This document shows, piece after piece, positions 15,001 through 30,318 of a stretch of 64,000 bases of DNA. The position numbers were made by a program, and so were the translations under genes. Under the pieces are notes generated by a model. That model did not search any database. It was not told the DNA's origin and saw nothing but the letters and a program-made list of their open reading frames with translations. The stretch lies in assembly GCF_009914755.1 (NCBI RefSeq), contig NC_060948.1; one strand, written 5' to 3'. This DNA comes from the human T2T-CHM13v2.0 reference genome, Homo sapiens. How positions within the stretch are numbered: the first letter of the stretch is position 1; each line of letters starts with the position of its first letter.

Positions 15001-18000
15001 CTTTTCCACAATAGTTCTCAAAGCACTCAAAATATCCACTTGCAGATTCTACAAAAGGAGTATTTCAAAACTGCTCAATCAAAAGAAAGGTTCAACTCTG
15101 TGAGATGAATGGACACATCACAAAGAAGTTTCTCAGAATGCTTCTGTGTAGTATTTTTGTGAAGATATTTCTTTTCCACCATAGACCGCCAGGGGACACA
15201 AATATCCACTTTCAGATTCTACAACAAGAGAGGTTCAAAACTACTCGATCAAGAGATGGTTTCAACTATGTGAGTTGAATGCACACATCACAAAGAACTA
15301 TGTCGGAATTCTTCTGTGTAGTTTTTATGTGAAGATATTTCCTTTTCCACAATAGACGTCAAAGTGATCCAGATATCCACTTGCAGATTCCACAAAAAGA
15401 GTGTTTCAAAAGTGCACAACCAAAAGAAAGGTTCAACTAGGTGAGATGAATGCACACATCAGAAGGAAGTTTCTCAGAATGCTTCTGCATAGCTTTTAAG
15501 GGAAGATACTTCCTTTTCCAACATAGGCCTCAAAGCACTCCAAATATCCTCCTGGAGATACCACAAAAAGAGTGTTTGCAAACTGCTCAATCAAAAGAAA
15601 GATTTAACTCTGTGAGATGAATCCACACATGACAAAGAAGTTTCTCAGAATGCTTCTGTGTAGTTTTTATGTGAAGATATTTCCTTTTCCACAATAAGAC
15701 CCAAAAGGCTCCAAATATTCACTTGCAGATTCTAAAAAAAACAGTGTTTCAAAACTGCTCAATCAAAAGATAGTTCAACTCTGTGAGAAGAATGCTCACA
15801 TCACTGAGAAGTTTCTCAGAATGCTTCTGTGTAGTTTTTATATGAAGATATTTCCTTTCCCACCGTAGGCCACAAAAGGCTCCAAATATCCACTTGCAGA
15901 TACTATGAAAAGAGAGTTTCAAAACTGCTCATTCAAAAGATAGGTTCAACTCTGTGGTTTGAATGCACACAGCACAAAGAAGTTTCACAGAATGTGTCTG
16001 TGTAGTTTTTATGTGCGGATGTTTCCTTTTCCACCATATGCCTAAATATTTCCCAATTTCCACTTGCAGATTCCACAAGAAGAGTGTTTCAAAACTGCTG
16101 TATCAAATAAAGTTGAACTCTGTGAGGTGAATGCACACAGCACAAAATGGTTTCTCAGAATGCTTCCTTGTTGTTTTTATATGAAGATGTTTCCTTTTCA
16201 ACAATAGGCCTCAAAGTGCTTCAAATGTCCACTTGCAGATTCTACAAAAAGAGTGTTTCAAAACTGCTCAATCAAAAGAAAGGTTCGACTCTGGGAAATT
16301 AATGCACACATCACAAAGAAGTTTCTCAGCTTCTGTGTAGTTTTCATGTGAAGTTATTTCCTTTTCCACAATAGGCCGCAAAGGGCTCCAAATATCAACT
16401 TACAGATTCTAGGAAAAGAGAGTTTCAAAACTGCTCTACGAAAAGATAGGTTGAACTCTGTGAGATGAATGCACACATCACAAAGAAGTTTCTCAGAATG
16501 CATCTGTGTAGTTTTTACGGGAAGACATTTCCTTTTCCACCATCTTCCACAAAGGTCTCCAAGTAACCACTTGCAGATTCTACAGAAAGACACTTTAAAA
16601 ACTGCTCTATCAAAAGATCAGTTCAAGTCTGTGGTTTGAATGCACACATCACAAAGAATTTTCTCAGAATGCTTCTGTGTAGTTTTCATATGAAGATATT
16701 TCCTTTTCCACCATAGGCCTCAAAGCACTCCAAATATCCACTTGCAGATTCTACAAAAAGAGATTTTCAAAACTAGTCAATCAAAAGAAAGGTTCAACTC
16801 TGTCAGTTGAATGCACATATCACAAACAAGTTTCTCGGAATGCGTCTGTGTAGTTTTTATGTGAAGATATTTCCTTCTCCACAACAGGCCTCAAAGTGCT
16901 CCGAATATCCACTTGCAGATTTTACTAAAGAGTGTTTCCAAACTGCTCAATCAAGAGGAAGTTTCAAGTCTGTGAGCTGAACGCACACATCACAAAGTAG
17001 TTTCTGAGAAGGCTTCTGTGTAGTTTTTATGTGAAGATGTTTCCTTTTCCACCATAGGCTGCAAAGGGCTCCAAATATCCACTTGCAGATTCTACAAAAA
17101 GAGAGTCTCAAAAGTGCTCTATCAAAAGATAGGTTCAACTATGTGATATGAATGCACACATCACAAAGTAGTTTCTCAGAATGCTTCTGTGTAGTTTTTA
17201 TGTAAAGATATTTCCTTTTCCACCATAGGCCTCAAAGCACTCCAAATATCCACTTGCAGATTCTACAAAAAGAGATGTTCAAAACTATTTAATCAAAAGA
17301 AAGGTTCAAATCTGTCAGTTGAAGGTACATATCACAAACAAGTTTATTGGAATGCTTCTGTGTAGTTTTTATGTGAAGATATTTCCTTTTCCACAACAGG
17401 CCTCAAGGTGCTCCAAATATCCACTTGCAGATTTCACTAAAAGTGTGTTTCCAAGCTGCTCAATCAAGAGGAAGTTTCAAGTCTGTGAGGTGAATGCACA
17501 CATTACAAAGAAGTTACTGAGAATGCTTCTGTGTAGTTTTTATGTGAAGATATTTCCTTTTCCACCGCAGGCCTCAAAGCGCTGCAAATATCCACTTGCA
17601 GATTCTACAAAAAGAGAGTTTCAAAACTGCTGTATCAAAAGATAGGGTCAACTCTGCGAGTTGAATAAACACATCACAAATAAGTTTCTGGGAACGCTTC
17701 TGTATAGTTTTATGTGAATATATTTCCTTTTCCACCATATGCCTCAAAGCACTCCAAATATCCACTTGCACATTATAGAAACATAGTCTTTCAAAACTTG
17801 TCAATCAAAGAAAGGTTCAACTCCGTGAGATGAGTGCACACATCACAGAGAAGTTTCTCGGAATGTTTCTGTGTAGTTTTTATGTGAAGATATTGCCTTT
17901 TCCACAATAGGCCTCAAAGCGTTCCAAATATCCAATTGCAGATTCCACAAAAAAAGTTTTTTAAAACTGCTCAATCAAATGATAGATTAAACTCTGTGAG

Positions 18001-21000
18001 ATTAGTGCACACATGTCAAAAAAGTTTCTCAGAATGCTTCTGTGTACTTTTTAGGGGAAGATATTTCCTTTTCCACCATCGGCCACAAAGGACTCCAAAT
18101 AACCACATGCAGATTCTAGTAACACAGAGTTTCAAAACTGCTCTATCAAAAGATAAGTTCAACTCTGAGAGTTTAGTGCAACCATCGTGAAGAAGTTTCT
18201 CAGAATGCTTCTGAGTAGTGTTTATGTGAAGATATTTCCTTTTCCACCATAGACCTGAAAGCCCTCCAAATATCCACTTGCAGATCCTACAAAAAGAAAG
18301 TTTCGAAATGCTCTCTCAAACGATAGTTTCGACTCTGTGGTATGAATACACACATCACAAAGAAGTTTCTCAGAATGCTTCTGTGTAGTTTTTAAATGAA
18401 GATATTTCTTTTTCCACCATAGGCCTCAAAGCACTCCAAATATGCACTTCCAGATTCTACAAAAAGAGTGTTTCAGAACTGCTCAATCAAAAGGAAGGTT
18501 CCAGTCTGAGACAAATACACACATCAAAAGGTAGTTTCTCAGAATGCTTCTGTGTAGTTTTTATGTGAAGATATTTTCCTTTCCACCATAGGCCACAAAT
18601 GGCTCTAAATACCCACTTACATTTTCCACAAAAAGAGAGTTTCAAAACTGCTCTACCAAAGGTAAGTTTAACGCTGTGAGTTAAGAACATCACAAAGAAG
18701 TTTCTCAGAATGCTTCTGTGTAGTTCTTACGTAAAGATATTTCCTTTTACACAATAGGCAGAAAAGTGCTCCAAATATCCACTTGAAGATTCTACAAAAA
18801 CCGTGTTTCAAAACTGCCGAATCAAAAGAAAGGTTCAACTCTGTGAGATGAATGCACACATAACAAAGGAGTTTCTCAGAATGCTTCTGTGTAGCTTTTA
18901 TATGAAGACATTTAGTTTTCCACAACAGGCCTCAAAGCTCTCTCCATATCCACTTGCAGATTCTACCGAAAGAGTGCTTCCAAACTGCTCAATCAAAAGA
19001 GACATTCAAATCTGTGAGGTGAATGCAGACATCGTAAAGAAGTTTCTCAGAATGCTTCTGTGTATTTTTTGTGTGAAGTTATTCGTTTTTGCACCATAGG
19101 CCTCCAAGCGTTCTAAATATCCACTTCTAGATTCTACAAAAAGAGAGTTTCAAAACTACTCAAACAAAAGGTTCAATTCTGTGAGTTGAAAGCAAACATC
19201 ACAAAGAAGTTTCTCAGAATGCGTCTGTGTAGTTTTGATGTGAAGATATTTCCTTTTCACAGTAGAATGCAAAGGGCTCCAAATATCCACTTGGAGATTC
19301 TACAAAAAGAGTTTCAAAACCGCTCTGTCAAATGATAGGTTGAACTCCCGGAGGTGAATACACACATCACAAAGAGGTTTCTCAGCATGCTTCTGTGTAG
19401 TTTTTATGTAAACATATTTCCGTTTCTATCATAGGCCTCAAAGTGCTCCAAATATTCACTTGTACATTCTACCAAACGAGTATTTCAAAACTGCTCAATC
19501 AAATGGAAGGTTCAAAACCGTGACATGAATGCCCACATCACAAAGTAGTTTCTCAGAATGCTTCTGTGTAGTTTTTATGTGAAGATATTTCCTTTTCCAC
19601 AACAGCGTGCAAAACGCTTCAAATATGCCCTTAGAGATTCCACAAAAAGAGTGTTTCCAAACTACTCAAATCAAAAAATGATTTCAACTCTGTGAGATGA
19701 ATGCACACATCACAAACTAGTTTCTCAGAATGTTTCTGCCTGGTTCTCATGCGAAGATAGTTCCTTTTTCACCATAGGCCGCAATGTACTCCAAATATCC
19801 ACCTGCAGATTCTACAAAAGTGAGTTTCAAAACTGCTCTATCAAAAGATCAGTTCGTCTCTGTGAGTTGAATGCATACATCAAAAAGAAGCTTCTCAAAA
19901 TGCTTCTGTGTGGTTTTTCGGTGAAGATAGTTCTTTTTCTACCATAGGTCTCAAACCACTCCAAATATCCACTTGTAGATTCTATAAAAAGGAATGTTCA
20001 AAATTGCTCAATAAAAATAAAGTTTCAACACCGTGAGATGAGTGCACAAATCACAAAGAAGTTTCTCAAAATGCTTCTGGGTAGTTTTTCTGTGAAGATA
20101 GTTCCTTTTCTACCATGGGCCACAAAGGGCTCCAAATACCCACTTGCAGATTCTACAAAAAGAGAGTTTCACAACTGCTCTATCAAACAATATGTTCAAC
20201 TTTGTGGGTTGAACACAAATATCACAAGAATTTTCTCCCAATGCTTCTGTGTAGTTTTTATGTGAAGACATTTCTTTTCCCTCCATAGTCCACAAAGTGC
20301 TCCAAATATCCACTTACATATTCTAGAAAAAGATTGCTTGGAAACTGCACAATGAAAAGAAAGGTTCAAATATATGAGATGAATGCACACATCACAAAGA
20401 AGTTTCTCAGAATCTCTCTGTGTAATTTTTATGTGAAGATATTTCCTTTCCCACCTTAGGTCTTAAAACGCTCCAAATATCCACTTGCAGATACTACAAG
20501 AAGATTGTTTCAAAACTGCACAAAAAAAGAAATGTTCAATTCTGTTTGATGAATGCACACATCACAAAGAAGTTTCTCAGAATGCTTCTCTGTAGTTTTT
20601 ATGTGAAGATATTTCCTTTTCCACAATAGGCCTCAAAGGGCTCCAAATATCCACTTCCAGATTCTATGAAAAGAATATTTCCAAACTGCTCAATCATAGG
20701 AAATGTTCAACTCTGTGAGATGAATGCACACATCACAAGAAATTTCTCAGAATCCTTCAGTGTAGGTTTTATGAGAAGATAATTCCTTTTCCACAATAGT
20801 TCTCAAAGCACTCAAAATATCCACTTGCAGATTCTACAAAAGGAGTATTTCAAAACTGCTCAATCAAAAGAAAGGTTCAACTCTGTGAGATGAATGGACA
20901 CATCACAAAGAAGTTTCTCAGAATGCTTCTGTGTAGTATTTTTGTGAAGATATTTCTTTTCCACCATAGACCGCCAGGGGACACAAATATCCACTTTCAG

Positions 21001-23140
21001 ATTCTACAACAAGAGAGGTTCAAAACTACTCGATCAAGAGATGGTTTCAACTATGTGAGTTGAATGCACACATCACAAAGAACTATGTCGGAATTCTTCT
21101 GTGTAGTTTTTATGTGAAGATATTTCCTTTTCCACAATAGACGTCAAAGTGATCCAGATATCCACTTGCAGATTCCACAAAAAGAGTGTTTCAAAAGTGC
21201 ACAACCAAAAGAAAGGTTCAACTAGGTGAGATGAATGCACACATCAGAAGGAAGTTTCTCAGAATGCTTCTGCATAGCTTTTAAGGGAAGATACTTCCTT
21301 TTCCAACATAGGCCTCAAAGCACTCCAAATATCCTCCTGGAGATACCACAAAAAGAGTGTTTGCAAACTGCTCAATCAAAAGAAAGATTTAACTCTGTGA
21401 GATGAATCCACACATGACAAAGAAGTTTCTCAGAATGCTTCTGTGTAGTTTTTATGTGAAGATATTTCCTTTTCCACAATAAGACCCAAAAGGCTCCAAA
21501 TATTCACTTGCAGATTCTAAAAAAAACAGTGTTTCAAAACTGCTCAATCAAAAGATAGTTCAACTCTGTGAGAAGAATGCTCACATCACTGAGAAGTTTC
21601 TCAGAATGCTTCTGTGTAGTTTTTATATGAAGATATTTCCTTTCCCACCGTAGGCCACAAAAGGCTCCAAATATCCACTTGCAGATACTATGAAAAGAGA
21701 GTTTCAAAACTGCTCATTCAAAAGATAGGTTCAACTCTGTGGTTTGAATGCACACAGCACAAAGAAGTTTCACAGAATGTGTCTGTGTAGTTTTTATGTG
21801 CGGATGTTTCCTTTTCCACCATATGCCTAAATATTTCCCAATTTCCACTTGCAGATTCCACAAGAAGAGTGTTTCAAAACTGCTGTATCAAATAAAGTTG
21901 AACTCTGTGAGGTGAATGCACACAGCACAAAATGGTTTCTCAGAATGCTTCCTTGTTGTTTTTATATGAAGATGTTTCCTTTTCAACAATAGGCCTCAAA
22001 GTGCTTCAAATGTCCACTTGCAGATTCTACAAAAAGAGTGTTTCAAAACTGCTCAATCAAAAGAAAGGTTCGACTCTGGGAAATTAATGCACACATCACA
22101 AAGAAGTTTCTCAGCTTCTGTGTAGTTTTCATGTGAAGTTATTTCCTTTTCCACAATAGGCCGCAAAGGGCTCCAAATATCAACTTACAGATTCTAGGAA
22201 AAGAGAGTTTCAAAACTGCTCTACGAAAAGATAGGTTGAACTCTGTGAGATGAATGCACACATCACAAAGAAGTTTCTCAGAATGCATCTGTGTAGTTTT
22301 TACGGGAAGATATTTCCTTTTCCACCATCTTCCACAAAGGTCTCCAAGTAACCACTTGCAGACTCTACAGAAAGACACTTTAAAAACTGCTCTATCAAAA
22401 GATCAGTTCAAGTCTGTGGTTTGAATGCACACATCACAAAGAATTTTCTCAGAATGCTTCTGTGTAGTTTTCATATGAAGATATTTCCTTTTCCACCATA
22501 GGCCTCAAAGCACTCCAAATATCCACTTGCAGATTCTACAAAAAGAGATTTTCAAAACTAGTCAATCAAAAGAAAGGTTCAACTCTGTCAGTTGAATGCA
22601 CATATCACAAACAAGTTTCTCGGAATGCGTCTGTGTAGTTTTTATGTGAAGATATTTCCTTCTCCACAACAGGCCTCAAAGTGCTCCGAATATCCACTTG
22701 CAGATTTTACTAAAGAGTGTTTCCAAACTGCTCAATCAAGAGGAAGTTTCAAGTCTGTGAGCTGAACGCACACATCACAAAGTAGTTTCTGAGAATGCTT
22801 CTGTGTAGTTTTTATGTGAAGATGTTTCCTTTTCCACCATAGGCTGCAAAGGGCTCCAAATATCCACTTGCAGATTCTACAAAAAGAGAGTCTCAAAAGT
22901 GCTCTATCAAAAGATAGGTTCAACTATGTGATATGAATGCACACATCACAAAGTAGTTTCTCAGAATGCTTCTGTGTAGTTTTTATGTAAAGATATTTCC
23001 TTTTCCACCATAGGCCTCAAAGCACTCCAAATATCCACTTGCAGATTCTACAAAAAGAGATTTTCAAAACTATTTAATCAAAAGAAAGGTTCAAATCTGT
23101 CAGTTGAAGGTACATATCACAAACAAGTTTATTGGAATGC
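1..23140 (-). repeat. Four canonical 34-mer HOR units (phased on window start: 1-5785, 5786-11570, 11571-17355, 17356-23140)
   Basis: Exact 5785-bp offset holds across all four copies with no net indel; only scattered SNVs were seen (e.g. unit positions 212, 1882, 1907, 2164, 3520). Confidence 0.95.
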
Positions 23141-26100
23141 TTCTGTGTAGTTTTTATGTGAAGATATTTCCTTTTCCACAACAGGCCTCAAGGTGCTCCA
23201 AATATCCACTTGCAGATTTCACTAAAAGTGTGTTTCCAAGCTGCTCAATCAAGAGGAAGTTTCAAGTCTGTGAGGTGAATGCACACATTACAAAGAAGTT
23301 ACTGAGAATGCTTCTGTGTAGTTTTTATGTGAAGATATTTCCTTTTCCACCGCAGGCCTCAAAGCGCTGCAAATATCCACTTGCAGATTCTACAAAAAGA
23401 GAGTTTCAAAACTGCTGTATCAAAAGATAGGGTCAACTCTGCGAGTTGAATAAACACATCACAAATAAGTTTCTGGGAACGCTTCTGTATAGTTTTATGT
23501 GAATATATTTCCTTTTCCACCATATGCCTCAAAGCACTCCAAATATCCACTTGCACATTATAGAAACATAGTCTTTCAAAACTTGTCAATCAAAGAAAGG
23601 TTCAACTCCGTGAGATGAGTGCACACATCACAGAGAAGTTTCTCGGAATGTTTCTGTGTAGTTTTTATGTGAAGATATTGCCTTTTCCACAATAGGCCTC
23701 AAAGCGTTCCAAATATCCAATTGCAGATTCCACAAAAAAAGTTTTTTAAAACTGCTCAATCAAATGATAGATTAAACTCTGTGAGATTAGTGCACACATG
23801 TCAAAAAAGTTTCTCAGAATGCTTCTGTGTACTTTTTAGGGGAAGATATTTCCTTTTCCACCATCGGCCACAAAGGACTCCAAATAACCACATGCAGATT
23901 CTAGTAACACAGAGTTTCAAAACTGCTCTATCAAAAGATAAGTTCAACTCTGAGAGTTTAGTGCAACCATCGTGAAGAAGTTTCTCAGAATGCTTCTGAG
24001 TAGTGTTTATGTGAAGATATTTCCTTTTCCACCATAGGCCTGAAAGCCCTCCAAATATCCACTTGCAGATCCTACAAAAAGAAAGTTTCGAAATGCTCTC
24101 TCAAACGATAGTTTCGACTCTGTGGTATGAATACACACATCACAAAGAAGTTTCTCAGAATGCTTCTGTGTAGTTTTTAAATGAAGATATTTCTTTTTCC
24201 ACCATAGGCCTCAAAGCACTCCAAATATGCACTTCCAGATTCTACAAAAAGAGTGTTTCAGAACTGCTCAATCAAAAGGAAGGTTCCAGTCTGAGACAAA
24301 TACACACATCAAAAGGTAGTTTCTCAGAATGCTTCTGTGTAGTTTTTATGTGAAGATATTTTCCTTTCCACCATAGGCCACAAATGGCTCTAAATACCCA
24401 CTTACATTTTCCACAAAAAGAGAGTTTCAAAACTGCTCTACCAAAGGTAAGTTTAACGCTGTGAGTTAAGAACATCACAAAGAAGTTTCTCAGAATGCTT
24501 CTGTGTAGTTCTTACGTAAAGATATTTCCTTTTACACAATAGGCAGAAAAGTGCTCCAAATATCCACTTGAAGATTCTACAAAAACCGTGTTTCAAAACT
24601 GCCGAATCAAAAGAAAGGTTCAACTCTGTGAGATGAATGCACACATAACAAAGGAGTTTCTCAGAATGCTTCTGTGTAGCTTTTATATGAAGACATTTAG
24701 TTTTCCACAACAGGCCTCAAAGCTCTCTCCATATCCACTTGCAGATTCTACCGAAAGAGTGCTTCCAAACTGCTCAATCAAAAGAGACATTCAAATCTGT
24801 GAGGTGAATGCAGACATCGTAAAGAAGTTTCTCAGAATGCTTCTGTGTATTTTTTGTGTGAAGTTATTCGTTTTTGCACCATAGGCCTCCAAGCGTTCTA
24901 AATATCCACTTCTAGATTCTACAAAAAGAGAGTTTCAAAACTACTCAAACAAAAGGTTCAATTCTGTGAGTTGAAAGCAAACATCACAAAGAAGTTTCTC
25001 AGAATGCGTCTGTGTAGTTTTGATGTGAAGATATTTCCTTTTCACAGTAGAATGCAAAGGGCTCCAAATATCCACTTGGAGATTCTACAAAAAGAGTTTC
25101 AAAACCGCTCTGTCAAATGATAGGTTGAACTCCCGGAGGTGAATACACACATCACAAAGAGGTTTCTCAGCATGCTTCTGTGTAGTTTTTATGTAAACAT
25201 ATTTCCGTTTCTATCATAGGCCTCAAAGTGCTCCAAATATTCACTTGTACATTCTACCAAACGAGTATTTCAAAACTGCTCAATCAAATGGAAGGTTCAA
25301 AACTGTGACATGAATGCCCACATCACAAAGTAGTTTCTCAGAATGCTTCTGTGTAGTTTTTATGTGAAGATATTTCCTTTTCCACAACAGCGTGCAAAAC
25401 GCTTCAAATATGCCCTTAGAGATTCCACAAAAAGAGTGTTTCCAAACTACTCAAATCAAAAAATGATTTCAACTCTGTGAGATGAATGCACACATCACAA
25501 ACTAGTTTCTCAGAATGTTTCTGCCTGGTTCTCATGCGAAGATAGTTCCTTTTTCACCATAGACCGCAATGTACTCCAAATATCCACCTGCAGATTCTAC
25601 AAAAGTGAGTTTCAAAACTGCTCTATCAAAAGATCAGTTCGTCTCTGTGAGTTGAATGCATACATCAAAAAGAAGCTTCTCAAAATGCTTCTGTGTGGTT
25701 TTTCGGTGAAGATAGTTCTTTTTCTACCATAGGTCTCAAACCACTCCAAATATCCACTTGTAGATTCTATAAAAAGGAATGTTCAAAATTGCTCAATAAA
25801 AATAAAGTTTCAACACCGTGAGATGAGTGCACAAATCACAAAGAAGTTTCTCAAAATGCTTCTGGGTAGTTTTTCTGTGAAGATAGTTCCTTTTCTACCA
25901 TGGGCCACAAAGGGCTCCAAATACCCACTTGCAGATTCTACAAAAAGAGAGTTTCACAACTGCTCTATCAAACAATATGTTCAACTTTGTGGGTTGAACA
26001 CAAATATCACAAGAATTTTCTCCCAATGCTTCTGTGTAGTTTTTATGTGAAGACATTTCTTTTCCCTCCATAGTCCACAAAGTGCTCCAAATATCCACTT

Positions 26101-27239
26101 ACATATTCTAGAAAAAGATTGCTTGGAAACTGCACAATGAAAAGAAAGGTTCAAATATATGAGATGAATGCACACATCACAAAGAAGTTTCTCAGAATCT
26201 CTCTGTGTAATTTTTATGTGAAGATATTTCCTTTCCCACCTTAGGTCTTAAAACGCTCCAAATATCCACTTGCAGATACTACAAGAAGATTGCTTCAAAA
26301 CTGCACAAAAAAAGAAATGTTCAATTCTGTTTGATGAATGCACACATCACAAAGAAGTTTCTCAGAATGCTTCTCTGTAGTTTTTATGTGAAGATATTTC
26401 CTTTTCCACAATAGGCCTCAAAGGGCTCCAAATATCCACTTCCAGATTCTATGAAAAGAATATTTCCAAACTGCTCAATCATAGGAAATGTTCAACTCTG
26501 TGAGATGAATGCACACATCACAAGAAATTTCTCAGAATCCTTCAGTGTAGGTTTTATGAGAAGATAATTCCTTTTCCACAATAGTTCTCAAAGCACTCAA
26601 AATATCCACTTGCAGATTCTACAAAAGGAGTATTTCAAAACTGCTCAATCAAAAGAAAGGTTCAACTCTGTGAGATGAATGGACACATCACAAAGAAGTT
26701 TCTCAGAATGCTTCTGTGTAGTATTTTTGTGAAGATATTTCTTTTCCACCATAGACCGCCAGGGGACACAAATATCCACTTTCAGATTCTACAACAAGAG
26801 AGGTTCAAAACTACTCGATCAAGAGATGGTTTCAACTATGTGAGTTGAATGCACACATCACAAAGAACTATGTCGGAATTCTTCTGTGTAGTTTTTATGT
26901 GAAGATATTTCCTTTTCCACAATAGACGTCAAAGTGATCCAGATATCCACTTGCAGATTCCACAAAAAGAGTGTTTCAAAAGTGCACAACCAAAAGAAAG
27001 GTTCAACTAGGTGAGATGAATGCACACATCAGAAGGAAGTTTCTCAGAATGCTTCTGCATAGCTTTTAAGGGAAGATACTTCCTTTTCCAACATAGGCCT
27101 CAAAGCACTCCAAATATCCTCCTGGAGATCCCACAAAAAGAGTGTTTGCAAACTGCTCAATCAAAAGAAAGATTTAACTCTGTGAGATGAATCCACACAT
27201 CACAAAGAAGTTTCTCAGAATGCTTCTGTGTAGTTTTTA

Positions 27240-27581
27240 ATTGAAGATATTTCTTTTTCCACAATAGGCCTCAAAGCGCTCAAAATATCCACTTTCACAT
27301 TCTACAAAAAGAGTGTTTCAAAACTGCACAATCAAAAGATAGTTCAACTCTGTGAGTTGAATGCGCACAACAAAAAGATGTTTCTCGGAATTATTTCTGT
27401 GTAGTTTTTATGTGAAGATATTTCCTTTTCCACAATGGGCCTCAAAGTGCTCCAAATATCCACTTGCAGATTCTACAAAAAGAGTTTTCCAAAACTGCTC
27501 CATCAAAAGAAAGTTTCACCTCTGTGAGATGAATGCACATACCACAAAGAAGTGTCTCAGAATGCTTCTGTGTAGTTTTTA
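27240..27581 (-). repeat. Two alpha monomers absent from the 34-mer (342 bp)
   Basis: Alignment to unit position ~4100 breaks at tagtttttaattgaag (27240) and resumes at atgtgaagatatttccttttccacaataagcccc (27581 onward). Breakpoint is approximate because monomers are homologous. Confidence 0.88.
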
Positions 27582-28613
27582 TGTGAAGATATTTCCTTTT
27601 CCACAATAAGCCCCAAAAGGCTCCAAATATTCACTTGCAGATTCTAAAAAAACAGTGTTTCAAAACTGCTCAATCAAAAGAAAGGTTCAACTCTGTGAGA
27701 AGAATGCTCACATCACTGAGAAGTTTCTCAGAATGCTTCTGTGTAGTTTTTATATGAAGATATTTCCTTTCCCACCGTAGGCCACAAAAGGCTCCAAATA
27801 TCCACTTGCAGATACTATGAAAAGAGAGTTTCAAAACTGCTCATTCAAAAGATAGGTTCAACTCTGTGGTTTGAATGCACACAGCACAAAGAAGTTTCAC
27901 AGAATGTGTCTGTGTAGTTTTTATGTGCGGATGTTTCCTTTTCCACCATATGCCTAAATATTTCCCAATTTCCACTTGCAGATTCTACAAGAAGAGTGTT
28001 TCAAAACTGCTGTATCAAATAAAGTTGAACTCTGTGAGGTGAATGCACACAGCACAAAATGGTTTCTCAGAATGCTTCCTTGTTGTTTTTATATGAAGAT
28101 GTTTCCTTTTCAACAATAGGCCTCAAAGTGCTTCAAATGTCCACTTGCAGATTCTACAAAAAGAGTGTTTCAAAACTGCTCAATCAAAAGAAAGGTTCGA
28201 CTCTGGGAAATTAATGCACACATCACAAAGAAGTTTCTCAGCTTCTGTGTAGTTTTCATGTGAAGTTATTTCCTTTTCCACAATAGGCCGCAAAGGGCTC
28301 CAAATATCAACTTACAGATTCTAGGAAAAGAGAGTTTCAAAACTGCTCTACGAAAAGATAGGTTGAACTCTGTGAGATGAATGCACACATCACAAAGAAG
28401 TTTCTCAGAATGCATCTGTGTAGTTTTTACGGGAAGATATTTCCTTTTCCACCATCTTCCACAAAGGTCTCCAAGTAACCACTTGCAGATTCTACAGAAA
28501 GACACTTTAAAAACTGCTCTATCAAAAGATCAGTTCAAGTCTGTGGTTGGAATGCACACATCACAAAGAATTTTCTCAGAATGCTTCTGTGTAGTTTTCA
28601 TATGAAGATATTT

Positions 28614-30318
28614 TCTTTTCCACCATAGGCCTCAAAGTGCTCCAAATATCCACTTGCAGATTCTACAAAAAGAGTGTTTCAAAACTGCTCAATCAAAAGA
28701 AAGGTACAACTCTTTTTGATGAATTCACTAATAACAAAGACGTTTCTCACAATGCTTCTCTGTAGTTTTTATGTGAAGATCTTTCCTTTTCTACCATAGG
28801 CATCAAAGCACTACAAATATCCAATAGCAGATTCTACAAAAAGAGTGTTTCAAAACTGTTCAATCAAATGAAACGTTCAACCCTGTGAGATGAATGCAGA
28901 CATTAAAAGATAGTTTCTCATTATGGTTCTGGGTAGTTTTTATGTGAACTTATTTCCTTTTCCAAAATAGGCCGGAAAGTGCTCCAAGTATCCACTTGCA
29001 GATTCTACAAAAAGAGATTCAAAACTCCTCCATCAAAAGATAGGTTGAACTCCGTGAGATTAATGCATACATCACAACGAAGTTTCTCAGAGGGCTTCAT
29101 TGTAGTTTTATGGGAAGATATTTCCTTTTCCACTATATGTCTCAAAGATATCCAAATATACACTTGCAGATTCTACAAAATGAGAGTTTCAAAACTGCTC
29201 TGTCAAAAAAAGAGGTTCAGCTGCATGAGTTGAATGCACACATCACAAAGAAGTTTCTCAGAATGCTTCTGTGTATTTTTTATGTTAAGATATTTTCTTT
29301 TCCACCATAGGCTGCAAAGGGCTCCAAATATCCACTTGCAGATTCTACAAAAAGAGATTTTCAAAACTGCTCAATCAAAAGAAAGGCTCAACTCTGTGAG
29401 ATGAATGCACACAAAACAAAGGAGTTTCTGCAAATGCTTCTGTGTAGTTTTTAAGTGAAGATACTTCCTTTTCCACAATAGGTCTCGAAGCCCTCCAAAT
29501 ATCCAAATGTGGATTCTACAAAAAGAGTGTTTCAAAACTGCTCAATCAAATGGAAGCTTCAACTCTAAGAAATGAATACACACCTGACAAAGAAGTTTCT
29601 CAGAATGATTTTGTGTAGTTTTTTGGGGAAGGCGTTTTCCTTTCCACCATCGGTCACAAAGGCCTCCAAATAACCACATGCAGATTCTACACAAGGAGAG
29701 TTTCAAAACTGCTCTGTCAAAAGATAGGTTCAGCTCTGCGAGTTGAATGCACACATCACAGACAAGTTTCTCAGAATGCTTCTGTGTAGTTTTCATGTGA
29801 AGATATTTCCTTTTCCACTTTAGGCCACAAAGCACTCCAAATATCCACTTGCAGAAACTACAAAAAGAGTCTTTCAAAACTGCTCAAGCAAAAGAAAAGT
29901 TCAACTCTGTGAGATGAATGCACACATCACAAAGGAGTTTCTGAGAATGCTTCTGTGTAGTTTTTATGTGAAATATTTCCTTTTCCACCATAGGCTTCAA
30001 AGTGCTCCAAATATTCACTTGTAAATTATAAAAACAGAATTTTTCAAAAATGCTCAGTTAAAAGAATGTTTCAACACTGTGAGATGAATGCACACATCAC
30101 AGAAAGTTTCTGGGAATGCTTCTGTGTGGTTTTTATGTGAGGATATTTCCTTTTCCACCATAGACTACCAAGGGCTCCAAATATCCACTTGCAGATTCTA
30201 CAAAAAGAGAGTTTCGAAATGCTCTATCAAAAGATAGGTTCAAATATGTGATATGAATGCACACATCACAAAGTAGTTTCTCAGAATGCTTCCGTGTAGT
30301 TTTTATGTAAAGATATTT
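28614..30318 (-). repeat. Ten alpha monomers absent from the 34-mer (1705 bp)
   Basis: The 34-mer sequence ttttcatatg-aagatattt-ccttttccaccataggcctcaaagcactcc (unit ~5113-5161) is split; its left half ends at 28613 and its right half starts at 30310, sharing aagatattt. Confidence 0.88.

Noticed and set aside
1-23140. Assembly artefact as the cause of the near-identical 5785-bp copies
   Set aside because: Copies carry private and shared SNVs, and the period matches a known biological HOR size.
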